Source of the DNA: Octopus vulgaris
Taxonomy: Eukaryota
DNA length: 64,000 bases
Assembly: GCA_951406725.2 (NCBI GenBank)
Contig: OX597836.1
Span: forward strand, 33,604,001-33,668,000
Direction of reading: 5' to 3'
The translations under genes were made by a program, and so were the position numbers. Each line of letters starts with the position of its first letter. Within the stretch, counting starts at the first letter, position 1. Below are positions 25,609-37,911 of the stretch, one piece after another. The notes below the pieces were generated by a model. The model had not been told where the DNA came from. It made no database searches and saw only the letters and a program-made list of their open reading frames with translations.

Positions 25609-25962
25609 TGTGAAGGCGCATGGCTCAGTGGTTAGAGCGTCGAGCTTATGATCGTGAGGTTGTGAGCTCGAATCCCGGACTGGGTTGCATGTTGTGTTCT
25701 TGAGCAAGACACTTTATTTCACGTTGCTCCAGTTCAGTCAGCTGTAGAAATGAGTTGCGACGTCACAGGTGCCAAGCTGTATCGGCCCCTTTGCCTTTCC
25801 CTTGGATAAGACTGGTGGCATGGAGAAGGGAGGCCAGTATGCATGGGTGACTGTTGGTCTTCCATAAAACCACCTTGCCCAGACTTGTGCCTGGGGGGGG
25901 TAACTTTCTAGGTGCAATCCCATGGTCAGTGTCATGACCAAAAGGGGTCCCGATCGACCCGA
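25609..25962 (+). mobile_element. SINE B2 with 12-bp target-site duplication
   Basis: CCTAGATTTACA on both sides. Confidence 0.85.
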
Positions 25963-27084
25963 CCTAGATTTACAGAAAAAAAAAAGAGGATGGGCATGGT
26001 TGGAAAGCCTTTGATTTTTTTTCTTTTTTTTTTCCCTGGCTGAGAACTGCTGCATTTGATTATGCAGTCTGCTAGATTTACAAAAGAAAAAACAAAAAAA
26101 GAGGATGGGCATGGTTGGAAAGCCTTTGATTTTTTTCTTTTTTTCTTTTTCAGATCTGCTGGATCAGGACTGACCCGGGGCTAAATAACAAACAACACAA
26201 TTATTTTTAGGGAGTAGCCGATGATCAGGAGGACAAAACAGAGTAGAGAGGGTCTGGGAAGGGGGTGTCTTTTTAAATATTTATTTATATTTTACTTCTT
26301 GCCCTGCTTCCCCCGACCCCACCTACCCTTCACACACTGACACTTCTCTAACAGACATAACAAACAACAACAACAACAACAATAGTACCAGGTTGCCGCC
26401 CACCCATGTTCCTTAACCTTGCGTTTTGTTTGTTTTTACATGTCTCGTTAAAATTTAGTTATTTTGTGGATATAGTGGGTTTTTTTTTTATATATGTTTT
26501 TTTTTTATTGAAAACATTGAAAACAGAAATGTCAGGAAGGAGAAAAGAAAAGGAGAGAGAGAGAGAGAGAGAAACAGAGAAAGGGTGAAGTGAATAGGTG
26601 ACAGAGAGAAAGAGAGAAAATTGATAGGTGACAGAAAGTGAGAGAGGGGGGTAGAGAGAGAGAGAGAAACGTTGAGGGTGAGTGAGTTCATAAGATGTTG
26701 TGAGCCGAGAGAGACAATTAGTGAGAGTGAATTAATGAGAGTGAACGAGGAGAGAGAGAGAGAGAGATGAGAGACCGTGAGGGAATAAACTGAAAGAAAC
26801 TTGTGTGTGTCTGTGTGTGTGTGTGTATATTCTCTTTTGGCACATTAGATCTCAAACAAACATAAAGCGATAAAGAATAACAGTAAGCAAATATATGGGT
26901 TGAAACTCCCTTTTTTTTTTGGGATAGGAAAACACTGAAGGCTGACCATGGGACTCAGACACACCTCACTGTAGACAAGAGTCCCACAGGCACCCTCCAA
27001 CTTTTTCGACCTAAAAGGAATTTTCACCCCAATAGTTACAGCTTTATCTGCTCCAAGATCCGATGTTCAAAAAATAGTCATAAT

Positions 27085-27617
27085 GCTAGTGCATGCATAT
27101 ACAGCCGCGTGCGTGCGCACATACACGCGAGTACTGTCCAAATCTCCGACCAATCACATACAGCTAGCTGGCATTCAATTGGCATATCAAGTTTCGGGCA
27201 TTTTGATTGGGTTTTGGATAGAAAATTCACAAAAAAGTCGCTTCTATTGATTTTTTTTAATGGCTTTGCAGGGTGACTAGGGAAATGTAAAGATGTGCAC
27301 GACCACTCTTGGATGGTTTTGAATGACCATAGAAAGTGCGAGCCCTCTAACTGAAAAATTATGGATTCGTATAAAGGACACACACACAGACAGACATTTT
27401 GCCATTTATATATATGCGGGTGGGACGTAAAAAGCACCGACTACACTCATGAAGTGGTTGGCGTTAGGAAGGGCATCCAACCGTAGAAACACTGCCAGAT
27501 CTGACTGGGCCTGATGAAGCCTTCCAGCTTCACAGACCCCCAGTTGAACCGTCCAACCCATGCTAGCATGGAAAACGGATGCTAAATGATGATGATGATG
27601 ATGATGATATATAGAGA
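27085..27617 (-). mobile_element. Helitron-like non-autonomous element with a family D insertion in its TA tract
   Basis: Minus-strand 5' end TCTCTATA...TATAAATGGCAAAATGTCTGTCTGTGTG resembles the 5' end of the element at 49379; the 3' end is uncertain. Confidence 0.55.
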
Positions 27618-27669
27618 TTATTTATAACTTCAACAATACATGCACAACACTTCAAAGATTTTCACTTAC

Positions 27670-27744
27670 AAAGCTAAAATAATCCAGAAATAAGCAAGAA
27701 CAAAATCGCTGGCTTTGCTAATGCTGTATCAGAATTCCCTTCTC
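27670..27744 (-). other. Candidate 75-nt non-coding exon
   Basis: Acceptor CCCCTCTTTCTCTCTCTAG and donor TTT|GTAAGT; stop codons in all three frames. Confidence 0.4.
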
Positions 27745-28004
27745 CTAGAGAGAGAAAGAGGGGTGTTGAAACAAAGACTAGGGGTTCACTCATTTCCAGC
27801 TGCTGGGTGATCACTGACTCTACTGAGTTCATCCACACATTGGTAGGTTTTGGTTTACATCCTGCGCAAGTGTTCGACACAATCTGCCCTCCTGACCAAG
27901 CAAGTTTGGTAGGGTTGCCGGTTTACTTACCAACAGCCTGACCATCCAACAGGTTGTACAGGGTGACATGTCACCAGTAGCACTAAAGACTCACCTGATA
28001 CTCT

Positions 28005-28236
28005 TTGCTCTTTACTCTTTACTCTTTTACTTGTTTCAGTCATTTGACCGTGGCCATGCTGGAACACTGCCTTTTGGTTGAGCAAATCGACCCCAGGGTT
28101 ATTCTTTGTAAGCCTAGCATTTATTCTATCGGTCTCTTTCGCTAAACTGCTAAGTTACGGGGATGTAAAGACACCAGCATCGGTTGTCAAGTGATGGCAG
28201 GGGGACAAACACAAACATATACACAAACACACACAC

Positions 28237-28272
<36 letters not shown>

Positions 28273-28292
28273 AATATAAATATTATTATTAC

Positions 28293-28363
<71 letters not shown>

Positions 28364-28384
28364 AAATATAAATATTATTATTAC

Positions 28385-28415
<31 letters not shown>

Positions 28416-28584
28416 TATATATGACGGGCTTCTTTCAGTTTCTGTCTACCAAATCCACTCACAAGGCTTTGGTCGGCCCGAGGCTATAGTAGAAGACACT
28501 TGCCCAAGGTGCCACACAGTGGGACTGAACCTGGAACCATGTGGCTGGTAAGCAAGCTACTTACCACACAGCCACTCCTATGCC
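28005..28584 (-). mobile_element. SINE family A with expanded central microsatellite
   Basis: Full reverse-complement copy. Confidence 0.9.
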
Positions 28585-28735
28585 TATGATATACCTAAGT
28601 ACACACATATATGCGTACATAACCCACTTAGAGGAAAGTATGGCTCAATTTGACCGCTCGGAGGAGAGAATGCAACTTCTAAATTCATACACTACGAATG
28701 ATCACGATATCAGATGTGCGAAACTTTCTTAAGAT

Positions 28736-28970
28736 TTAACCCTTTAGCATTTAAACCAGTTCTCTCCAGCCCAAACATTCCACCTTTTTTACATTCAAAC
28801 TGTCAAAATCTGGCTTCTCACACCTACCCTGCAATGTCAATGTCAATCTAAAAATATACCAGCTCATCATCGAAATCTCAAGTTATAAGGCAATTGTAAG
28901 ATGAATTCAAGACAATGTGAATAAATAGGTATTACATTTGACAAAGTAATTTGAATGCTAAATGCTTAAA
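28736..28970 (+). mobile_element. TTAA-flanked piggyBac-like MITE (about 230 bp)
   Basis: TTAACCCTTTAGCATT ... AATGCTAAA(GGG)TTAA family. Other copies: 1-44, 33484-33999 (tandem pair), 35270-35445, 38505-38656, 38690-39307 (interrupted), 43920-44040, 57188-57415. Confidence 0.78.
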
Positions 28971-29163
28971 GGTTGGTGAAGAAGAGAAACCAAGATGCTT
29001 TTGTTCAGAGCCTTGTTACCAAGTAGATAGCTAGCTGGTCAAAATTAACTCACTCTATGATAAAAAGAGAAAAAGAAAACATACATATGTGTACATACAC
29101 ATACATACATACATATATACATACATACATACATATATAAAACATACAAACACACACACATAT

Positions 29164-29203
<40 letters not shown>

Positions 29204-29269
29204 AAACATACATAGATGGGATGTCCAACCCATGCTAGCATGGAAAGCGGACATTAAACGATGATGATG

Positions 29270-29302
<33 letters not shown>

Positions 29303-31537
29303 AATATAAAACATACATACACACTCACATACATACATAATACAATTAAGCAAATTTCAACAAGCTGGGTTGTGTGACTGAAAGTTGTTTGTGTCTGTCT
29401 GTCTGTCTGGACATGTAGGTTCCTTCAGAAAACAGTGGTACCACTCTTCATAAGAAGATGTTGACAAAAACACGGGAGTATTGGGATGGCGGTGGAGAGG
29501 ATGAATGAAAGGAGAAGTGAAATGCTTACCAAGCTCAACCCACAGACATTTTACGGGGTACTTTCGTGGGTTTCATCTCAGAATACATACACATATACAT
29601 AAATACAGCATACGCACATACATGTCAATAGATGCAAAGACACACACATATGCAGCTTTATGCGTGTACATGTGTTGAAACACAGAGCTGTGCCTCACTT
29701 TGCTTAATTGCTCTGATGCATGCAAATGTGTTAAGAGTGTGAGTTTGTCTTCCGACCTTCCCCTCTTCTTTAAATGTACATTCTTCTATTTGTTTCAGTC
29801 ATTTGACTGTAGCCACGCTGGAGCACCACCTTTAGTCAAACAAATCTACCGCAGAACTTATTTGTTGTAAGCCTAGTACTTATTCCATCGGTCTCTTTTG
29901 CCGAACTGCTAAGCTACGGGGATGTAAACACACCAACATCGGTTGTCAAGCAATGTTGGGAGGACAAACACAGTCACACAAACATACACATATACACCCA
30001 TGCGATGGGCTTCTTTTAGTTTCTATCTACCAAATACACATACGAGGCTTTGGTTGGACCAAGGATATAGAAGAAGACACTTGCCCTAGGTGCCACACAG
30101 TAGGACTGAACCCAGAACCAAGTGGTTAGTAAGCTACTTACCACACAGCCACACGCACACACATATATGCGCATGCATATATTCTAATAACTATATATGT
30201 GTGCATATATACATATACATACATATATATGGCTCGGTGTTTAGGGTATCGGATTCACAGTCATGAGGTTGTGAGTTCAATTCCCAGACCGGGGTTGTGT
30301 GTTGTGTTCTTGAGCAAGACACTTTATTTCATGCTGCTCCAGTTCACTCAGCTGTAGAAATGAGTTGCAACATCACTGGTGCCAAGCCGTATCGGCCCCT
30401 TTGCCTTTCCCTTGGATGACATCAGTGGCATGGAGAGGGGAGGCTGGTATGCATGGGTGATTGCTGGTCTTCAATAAATGACCTTGCCTGGACTTGTGCC
30501 TTGGAGAGGAACTTTCCAGGTGCAATCCTCTGGCCATTCCTGACTGAAGAGGGTCTCTATATTTCAAGTGCACACATTCATATATGTGCATGTGTTATAT
30601 TCTTATAAAAATATATGCATAAAATAAAGTTACCGACTCGTAAGGGCTAGTTTCCTGGTTTCAGTAGTGTATATATTCACCACCTGGATGGAATGATACC
30701 AGCCTGTTGCAGGGTAACTCGTTTTTGGCAGGTGAGTGAACTGGAGCAACCTGAAATGAAGTGTTTCACTCAAAAACATAACATGTTGCCCGGTCCAGGA
30801 ATCGAAACCAAAATCTTACAATCACAAGTCCAACACCTCCACTGTATGTGACACTATATCAACCAAACACTGTCAGATGTTATACACCACTGGCCACAGT
30901 GCACTTCCTTGTTGGTTTCCTAGTTTCCGTAGCATGTAAGTTCCCCACCTAGACAGGAAGCTGGTCTGTTATGGGATTATTCATTTTCGCCAGCCGAGGG
31001 AGCTGGAACAACGTGAAATGAAGTGTTTTGCTCAAGAACACAACACGTCGCCCCATCCAGGAACTGAAACCACAAACTTATAATCATGAGTCCAACACCC
31101 TAACCACTAAGCCATACACATCCACAATACATATGCATGCATATATAAACATATAATATATACACACATATATAATACATCTTTCTACTACAGGCACAAA
31201 ACCTGAAATTCAGAGAGGAAGGGCTAGTTGATTACATCGACCCCTCAGAGCCCAACTGGTACTGATTTTAACAACCTTGAAAGAATGAAAGGCAGAGTTC
31301 CCCTCGGAGGCATTTTAAATGTTGAATGTCATGCTGGAACGAATATTTCTAAGCATTTTGCTCTGCGCAGTAACAACACTGCCAGCTCCTTCCTTAATAA
31401 TAATTAATAATTAATAACAATTATTATCATTATAATGATTAAACTGGTACTTATTTTATGGACCCTGAAAGAATAAGAGGCAAAGGGGTCCGAATGTCAA
31501 AACGGACGAATTGACACATTGAAACCTAAATAATAAT

Positions 31538-31745
31538 ACAGTAACCCTTTGACTATTGCGGGTGCTATGTTCCAAAACCCCTCGCAATAGGTGGAAATCT
31601 ATGAAGTAGAAACAGTACTATACTGTACATTTTTTATATTGTTTTGTAATTTGTATATATTTATTTTATTATAAATGCAAAACAACACCATGGAGGAATC
31701 GATGTAAACTTAAATAGTAAACTGCAATAGGTGAATCGCAATAAA
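31538..31745 (+). mobile_element. Tigger/pogo-like MITE fragment
   Basis: Starts TACAGTAACCC. A homologous inverted copy at about 57140-57597 is interrupted by a piggyBac-like MITE. Confidence 0.6.
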
Positions 31746-31947
31746 CTCTTTTACTTGTTTCAGTCATCTGACTGTGGCCATGCTGGAGCACCGCCTTAAG
31801 TCGAGCAAATCTACCCCAGGACTTATTCTTTGTAAGCCTAGTACTTATTTTATCGGTCTCTTTTGCCGAACTGCCAAGTTACGGAGACGTAAACACACCC
31901 GCACCAGTTGTGTCAGGGGACAAACACAGACACACAAACATATACAC

Positions 31948-31984
<37 letters not shown>

Positions 31985-32756
31985 TATATATATAAATGGA
32001 TGAGAGATACCCTGAAGAAATACCACAAGGCACTCCAGTTTGCCCCCTTTCACAAGGGTTTCCGATTTAAGTATGAGACGATTCGTTTTTGAAGTGAGGT
32101 GGGAGTTGTAAAATATTAACCAAGGTGGGATTTGAACACAGAATGTAAAAACTTAGGGATAATGCTGCAAAGCATTCCGTTTGACAACCTAACAAACAGT
32201 TCTGCCCGCTGAGGACACCAGAACAACAACAAGAACACACCAGCTACAACAACAACAACTTCAGTGAGAGCAATGCCAATAAAAACAACAACAACAGCAA
32301 CAGAAATGCACTTTCCACATATAAACACAAAGTGAACAAATTGCTTTGTTTTATGGAAAAATTGTGTGTGTGTGTGTGTGTGTGTGTGTGCATGGGGGTT
32401 ATGTGTGTTTATGTAAGTATTATTAAATGAGTCACACTCTGTGTGTGTGTGTGTGTGTGTGTTTTGTGTGCATTCCATAAATGTCAAAAAGTAGCTCCAG
32501 ATCATATAGCCAATGTCTTTTAGTGGTTGCAAACCACCTTCCCTCCAATTTAGAAAATTCACGTAACCGTGTGTGTGTGTGTGTATATATACTTAGATGT
32601 ATGTGTGTGTGTGTATATGCACACACATTCATATTCAGAAACACACACACACATATATATATATATATAGACACATACACAAACTTATACACACACATAT
32701 ATATAAATACACACAAACATATATATATACATACACACAAACATATACACAAACAC

Positions 32757-32793
<37 letters not shown>

Positions 32794-33483
32794 TAGATAG
32801 ATAGATAGATATATATATACACACAGATATACACACACAAACACACGCATATATATATACACACACAAAGGTAATATATATATAGATATACATACACACA
32901 AACATATACACAAACCCAAATATATGTATATATACATACACACACACAGATATATACACAAACACACACCACATACACATATGTAGGCAAAGATGGACAT
33001 AAACATATACATATACATTTATACATACTTGTGCACAAATGCATACGCACATGCATATACACACACAAATACCCGCATTTTGTTATACACATACCAAGTG
33101 TCAAGATTTTGAATATTAACAGTTAAGTGCAGTCTTGTGTAAGGGGACCCCCCTCCCCACCATTCTTCTACTCGAAACTTCCTGTTGTTAGAATTAAGCA
33201 ACGTAAAAAGGAACAAAATTTGGTGATAAGAGAAAAACATGAGCAGAAGAAAATGCGAAAAATTTTAGTGGTTCGGAACCTAAAATTGTTTCTCGCCTCA
33301 ACCAGTCAGCAGTTACTTATTTTTTTGCGAAAGAATAAATAAATTAAACAGCCAATCAATTAAGAATGTTGTTACCATTATGTAAGCAATTAAGGCTTCT
33401 AGTTTGAATCTAGTCTGGCACTATGAAGAATAAACCAGGAATAAAGCACTGAGTGGCAATCAGAGATAAAAGCAGTGGGAATT

Positions 33484-33999
33484 TAACCCTTTAGCATTTA
33501 ACCCTTTAGTGTTTAAACCGGCCATATCAGGCCAAAATTGCCATCCTGTTTTGTGCTCAAACCAGCCAGCTCTGACCTCTCGTACCTACCCTACAAAGTC
33601 ATTCTAAAATTAAACAGGGACATCATCAAAATCTCAGAGTTTCAAGATGCTGTACAATTAATTTAAAACAATGTAATTAAACAGGCTTTACATTTGACAG
33701 AGTAATCTGAATGCTAAAGGGTTAAACCGGCCATATCCGGCCAGAAGTATTCTGCCTGTTTTATGTTCAAACTGGCTAGATCTGGTCTCTCACACCAACC
33801 CTACAATATCATCTTAAAAATTAACAGCTACCTCATCAAAATCTCAAAGCTACAAGATAATACATGATTAGTTCAATTCAAAGTACTTAACTCCATGTCC
33901 CCCTACATGGCCTTGCTATTTGCTTTTGAGCCAAATTAACTAACTAACTAACTAAAAAGCATTAATTTTGGTAGAATAATGCGAACACTAAAGGGTTAA
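33484..33999 (+). mobile_element. Tandem piggyBac-like MITE pair with a nested CR1 3' tip (33888-33955)
   Basis: Two MITE units share a TTAA. The insert TAACTCCATGTCCCCCTACATGG...(TAAC)n matches 24960-25013. Confidence 0.8.
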
Positions 34000-34069
34000 G
34001 TGAAAGATACAATAAGAGTAACCAAATATTATTATTATTGAAAACGATATTATAAAAGGAGAAAGGGGG

Positions 34070-34340
34070 CTCTCTACCCCACTTTTGACCAGGCTCCCAT
34101 GGCTTTTATGAGTTTTTCCACGTGAGACCTTTTCTTTTTTCGAAGTGTCTCCTCTATTGGGAGTATTGTAAATTGTTGAATTTTTACGTTGTTGTAAAGC
34201 TTGTTTACACGGACTTTTTTCTTTCGAAAAACGGACAAAACCTTTTGTAACCTTTCGTCCTGTTTTGTCCCTTATGTTTTCTAATCATATTTGTCAGCCC
34301 TTTGTGGCCAATAAAAATAATTAATTATTATTATTATTAT
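34070..34340 (+). mobile_element. Probable LINE 3'UTR sharing its 3' end with SINE family C
   Basis: Ends GTCCTGTTTTGTCCC...AGCCCTTTGTGGCCAATAAAAATAA, compared with family C GTCCTTGTTTGTCCCC...AGCCCCTTGTGGGCAATAAAGAAATAA. Confidence 0.45.
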
Positions 34341-35504
34341 CATTGAGTGAGAGAGCAGTGCATGCCACCAAAGTGACACTGGGGTAAAATATACGAAGCC
34401 CAGTATACCCATCATGACCACCCGTCATGCATCACAACCATATGTGTGTGGCATGGTGATCTAATATCAAGATAAACAGCACATGACCTTGCAGGTGGGG
34501 CCAGTTAGAATATTCTTCTGGTCGAGTAACCCATCCTGCTCAAAAGGTCCCTGAATAAGAGCTGTTTAAGGATGTTGAACAAACCACCCATGTTTCCAGA
34601 GGTGAATCATTCAAACCCCAAACAAACCCTCTCAACACATGGCTATGATGCTCCCCCACTACTTCTGCTCATGATCAGAGATGCACATATTGTCAGCCAC
34701 TAAGGGACATGGTCAACTGGTTAAGGTCAAGCAACTGACAAGCAAATCTCTGGTACTGAGCAGAATATTTACTGTAGCCCATCTTTTATACCAAGACAAA
34801 ACAATGTATATAATAACACTTCCAATCAGTGAAGATCAGTAGCCACGAGAGCCTGGCTTCTGATCTTAACTGATTGGGCATATTATTATTATTATTATTA
34901 TTATTATTATCATCATGGTAGTGAGTTGGAAGAATTGTTAGGGCACTGGACAAAATGCTTAGTATTTTGCCCGTTGCTACGTTCTGAGTTCAAATTCCCA
35001 AGGTTCCGTGTGTCTCCTAAGGATAATGGAAGAAGACATTTCAGAAGGGAGGGCACAATCTGACTGAATTTGAAAGTTTGTGGAGACAAGGTAAACTTCT
35101 TAATCCCACAAGTATACTTGGGTCCAGGTTGTCTGTGAAAAGAGAGAAAGAAAAAAAAAAAAAACTAAAAGGAAATCAATAAGGACCCAGCAAGAATGTT
35201 TTGCTTCAAGGTTTCCTGGAGCACAACTGCCCTGGTGGCAAGCTATCAGAACATGAAACACACCAAACATTAACTCTTTACTATTCAAACTGGCCATATC
35301 AGGCTTCTCACACCTACCCAGCAATGTCATTCTACATGTAAACACTCACATCATTGAAATCCCAAAGCTACAGGATAATATACAGTAAGTTCAAGATGAT
35401 GTGAATAAACAAGCCTTACATTTTACGGAGTAATCTGGATGTTAAAGAAAAAAAAATGAAATAAATAAATAAACAAATATGAATAAATAAAAGATTAGGC
35501 TTAC

Positions 35505-35648
35505 CCCAATCTCAGCATCTGGGTCAGGTGAAGCAGGCCTTTTGCCCTCCATCCTGCCACCTCTGGCACCGAGGTGAGTTCCACACTTGAACTGTCTGTG
35601 AAGTTTACTCTAAAACTTGTAAGGAATACATTCCATCATCTGTAATAA
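35505..35648 (-). other. Candidate 144-nt exon (5'UTR plus possible start MEGKRPASPDPDAEIG)
   Basis: Acceptor TCTCTCTCTTTTTTTTCCAG and donor GGG|GTAAGC. The ATG is in a strong context (AGGATGG) and is preceded by a short upstream ORF, MMECIPYKF*. Confidence 0.5.
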
Positions 35649-35852
35649 CTGGAAAAAAAAGAGAGAGAATTGGTTTAGTAAGAATAAGGTAACCATAGCA
35701 ACAGTCAAGTCAACAATCGGTAACAATGGTTTTAGTAGTTAGAGATCCCAGGTGGTATGTTGGTATGTACATACATACTGGTAGCTCGGCTACTTGCTTC
35801 ATGCTCTTGCTTGGTGGGGCAGAGGGTCAGTCATCCCAGGTTAGTGGTCCTA

Positions 35853-36230
35853 CTACTTACTTGTACTTGTGGCGACATTCACCCTGGGCGGGTTGAGTCG
35901 GCTTCTTCTACTCATGGAAGAAGTTTCGTGGGAATATGTGGATTTCACTAGCGGTCCCCAACAATCCCGCATGTGGAGGCATCCTGTTTGCCGCAGATTG
36001 TCTGCAGACGCAGGGACAGAACGACCGAGGAGCCGCCGGTTGCCAAAGCAGACACTCCGAGGATTTTCACCAGAGCCCCGTCTGCCGGGTTGTGGCCCTA
36101 ATACCACTCGGTGTCGGACCAATCCGCCATGGGTGGCCCTACCAGGAACCGAAGTTCCCGACGGCATAGCTCTGACACTACCCGTTGCCAGCGTCCCCAC
36201 CACGGTAAGGAGGGGATGGACTTTGGGGAC
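35853..36230 (-). mobile_element. Non-autonomous RTE-derived retroposon (RTE 5'UTR motif plus short 3' tail), 378 bp
   Basis: Perfect 12-bp TSD TTAGTGGTCCTA at 35841-35852 and 36231-36242. The 5' motif CCTTACCGTGGTGGGG...GAGCTATGCCG...GGTAGGGCCACCCATGGC resembles RTE/BovB 5' ends. Tail CAAGTACAAGTAAGTAG. Confidence 0.75.
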
Positions 36231-36290
36231 TTAGTGGTCCTAGAGACATTATCATGCATAAAGCTGACCAGGTCCACCAGTGCTCTACAC

Positions 36291-36575
36291 CAGTGGTTCC
36301 TAAAGTGGGCGGTATTGCCCCCTTCGGGGCAGTGGAAGTTCCAAGGGGCCGTTGAAGAAAAGTGGGGCAATAATGGGGTGGCGATTCATGTAAAAACAAA
36401 CAAAAAAAAAAGAGTTCATTAGGTCAAGTTTTATTTGTGAAATACAGTTACTTTGAATTTGCTTCAGAAAGGGGTCTATGTTTGTGATGGTTAGTAAGGG
36501 TGGGGGCACTAGGAATGTGGCCATGTGGCCTGGGTGTCAGTGGGGTGGCAGCCCATAAAGGCTTGGGAACCACTG
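36291..36575. mobile_element. hAT (Charlie-like) MITE
   Basis: TIR CAGTGGTTCC ... GGAACCACTG; 8-bp flanks CTCTACAC and CTCCACAT. Confidence 0.8.
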
Positions 36576-37076
36576 CTCCACATCGATAGCAGTCCCACGC
36601 CAGCCCCTCGACATCCTCCAAGGTAACGTTGAACCTCCAAAGGTCGTCCCCAATCATATTCAGCCATCTGGTGCGAGGCCTCTCCCAGCTTACAGCTGCT
36701 GCACTGAATGAGAGTAAGGCTTTTAGTCGAGCAAATCGACCCCAGGGCTTATTCTTTGTAAGCCTAGTACTTAGGTTATCGGTCTCTTTTGCCAAACCAC
36801 TATGTTACGGGGACGTAGACATACCAGCATCGGTTGTCAAGCGATGTTGGAGGGGACAAACACAGACACACAAGCACACCACAAAATCCACTCACAAGGC
36901 TTTGATCGGCCCGAGGCTATAGAAGACACTTGCCCAAGGTGCCACACAGTGGGACTGAACCCAGAACCATGACGTTGGTAAGTAAGCTACATAGATAGAT
37001 AGATATGTGTGTATATATACGTGTGTGTATGTACATACATATATATAAATAGGTATCTATATATATAGATAGATGC

Positions 37077-37135
<59 letters not shown>

Positions 37136-37474
37136 TATATAAATAGATAGGTGTATATATATATATAACTGTGATCACCGTGACAGACCAGGCTATCAGA
37201 TGTTGCTACACATCGCTGGTCACAATGCGCTTTGCATTGTTTTAGCCTTCAAATGATGCCACCCCACTGGCTAAGCGAGCAGGCCAACAGAAGAAAGAGT
37301 GAGAGAAAGTTGTGGCGAAAGAGTACAGCAGAGATTGCCACCATCCCCTGCCGGAACCATGTGTAGCTTTAGGTGTTTCCGCTCAATAAACACTCACAAC
37401 GCCCGGTCTGGGAATCGAAACCGCGATCCTATGACCGTGGGTTCGCTGCCTTAACCACTGGGCTATTGCGCCTC

Positions 37475-37526
<52 letters not shown>

Positions 37527-37870
37527 TATACATATATATATACACATATATAAATAGATGATAGATAGATAGATAAGTATATGTGTGTGTGTGTATATGT
37601 GTGTATATAAAAATAGATATATATGTGTATGTATATATATATATACATGTATGTATAATGTGTAGAATGTGTACTTGTGTTTATTTCTGTTGTATAAAAA
37701 GACACCAAGGGAATCAGAATTAATGAACAGTGACAGGTGACTAATGAAAGCTGCAAGAGGATCGGTATCTCATTTAGTGCCACTACACAGGAATTGGGTG
37801 GATGTACAGGGTGGAATGATAGTGGCAGGGTGGATGGATAGCAGAGGGGGTGGGGGGCGGAAGGCATGCA

Positions 37871-37911
<41 letters not shown>

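Larger units (their letters stand above)
35757..36715 (-). mobile_element. Old RTE-clade LINE 3' end, split by two later insertions
   Basis: Minus-strand WERPRTRWLNMIGDDL...LAWDCYRC//CRALVDLV resembles the RTE ORF terminus (RPRxRW...DL...AxDRxxWRxLV). The 3'UTR ends in a short (TATG)-like tail near 35765-35780. Confidence 0.7.

Noticed and set aside
27505-27530. CTGATGA motifs here and at about 8579 and 49469
   Set aside because: No stem II, GAAA or cleavage-site geometry; they are chance matches inside other repeats.
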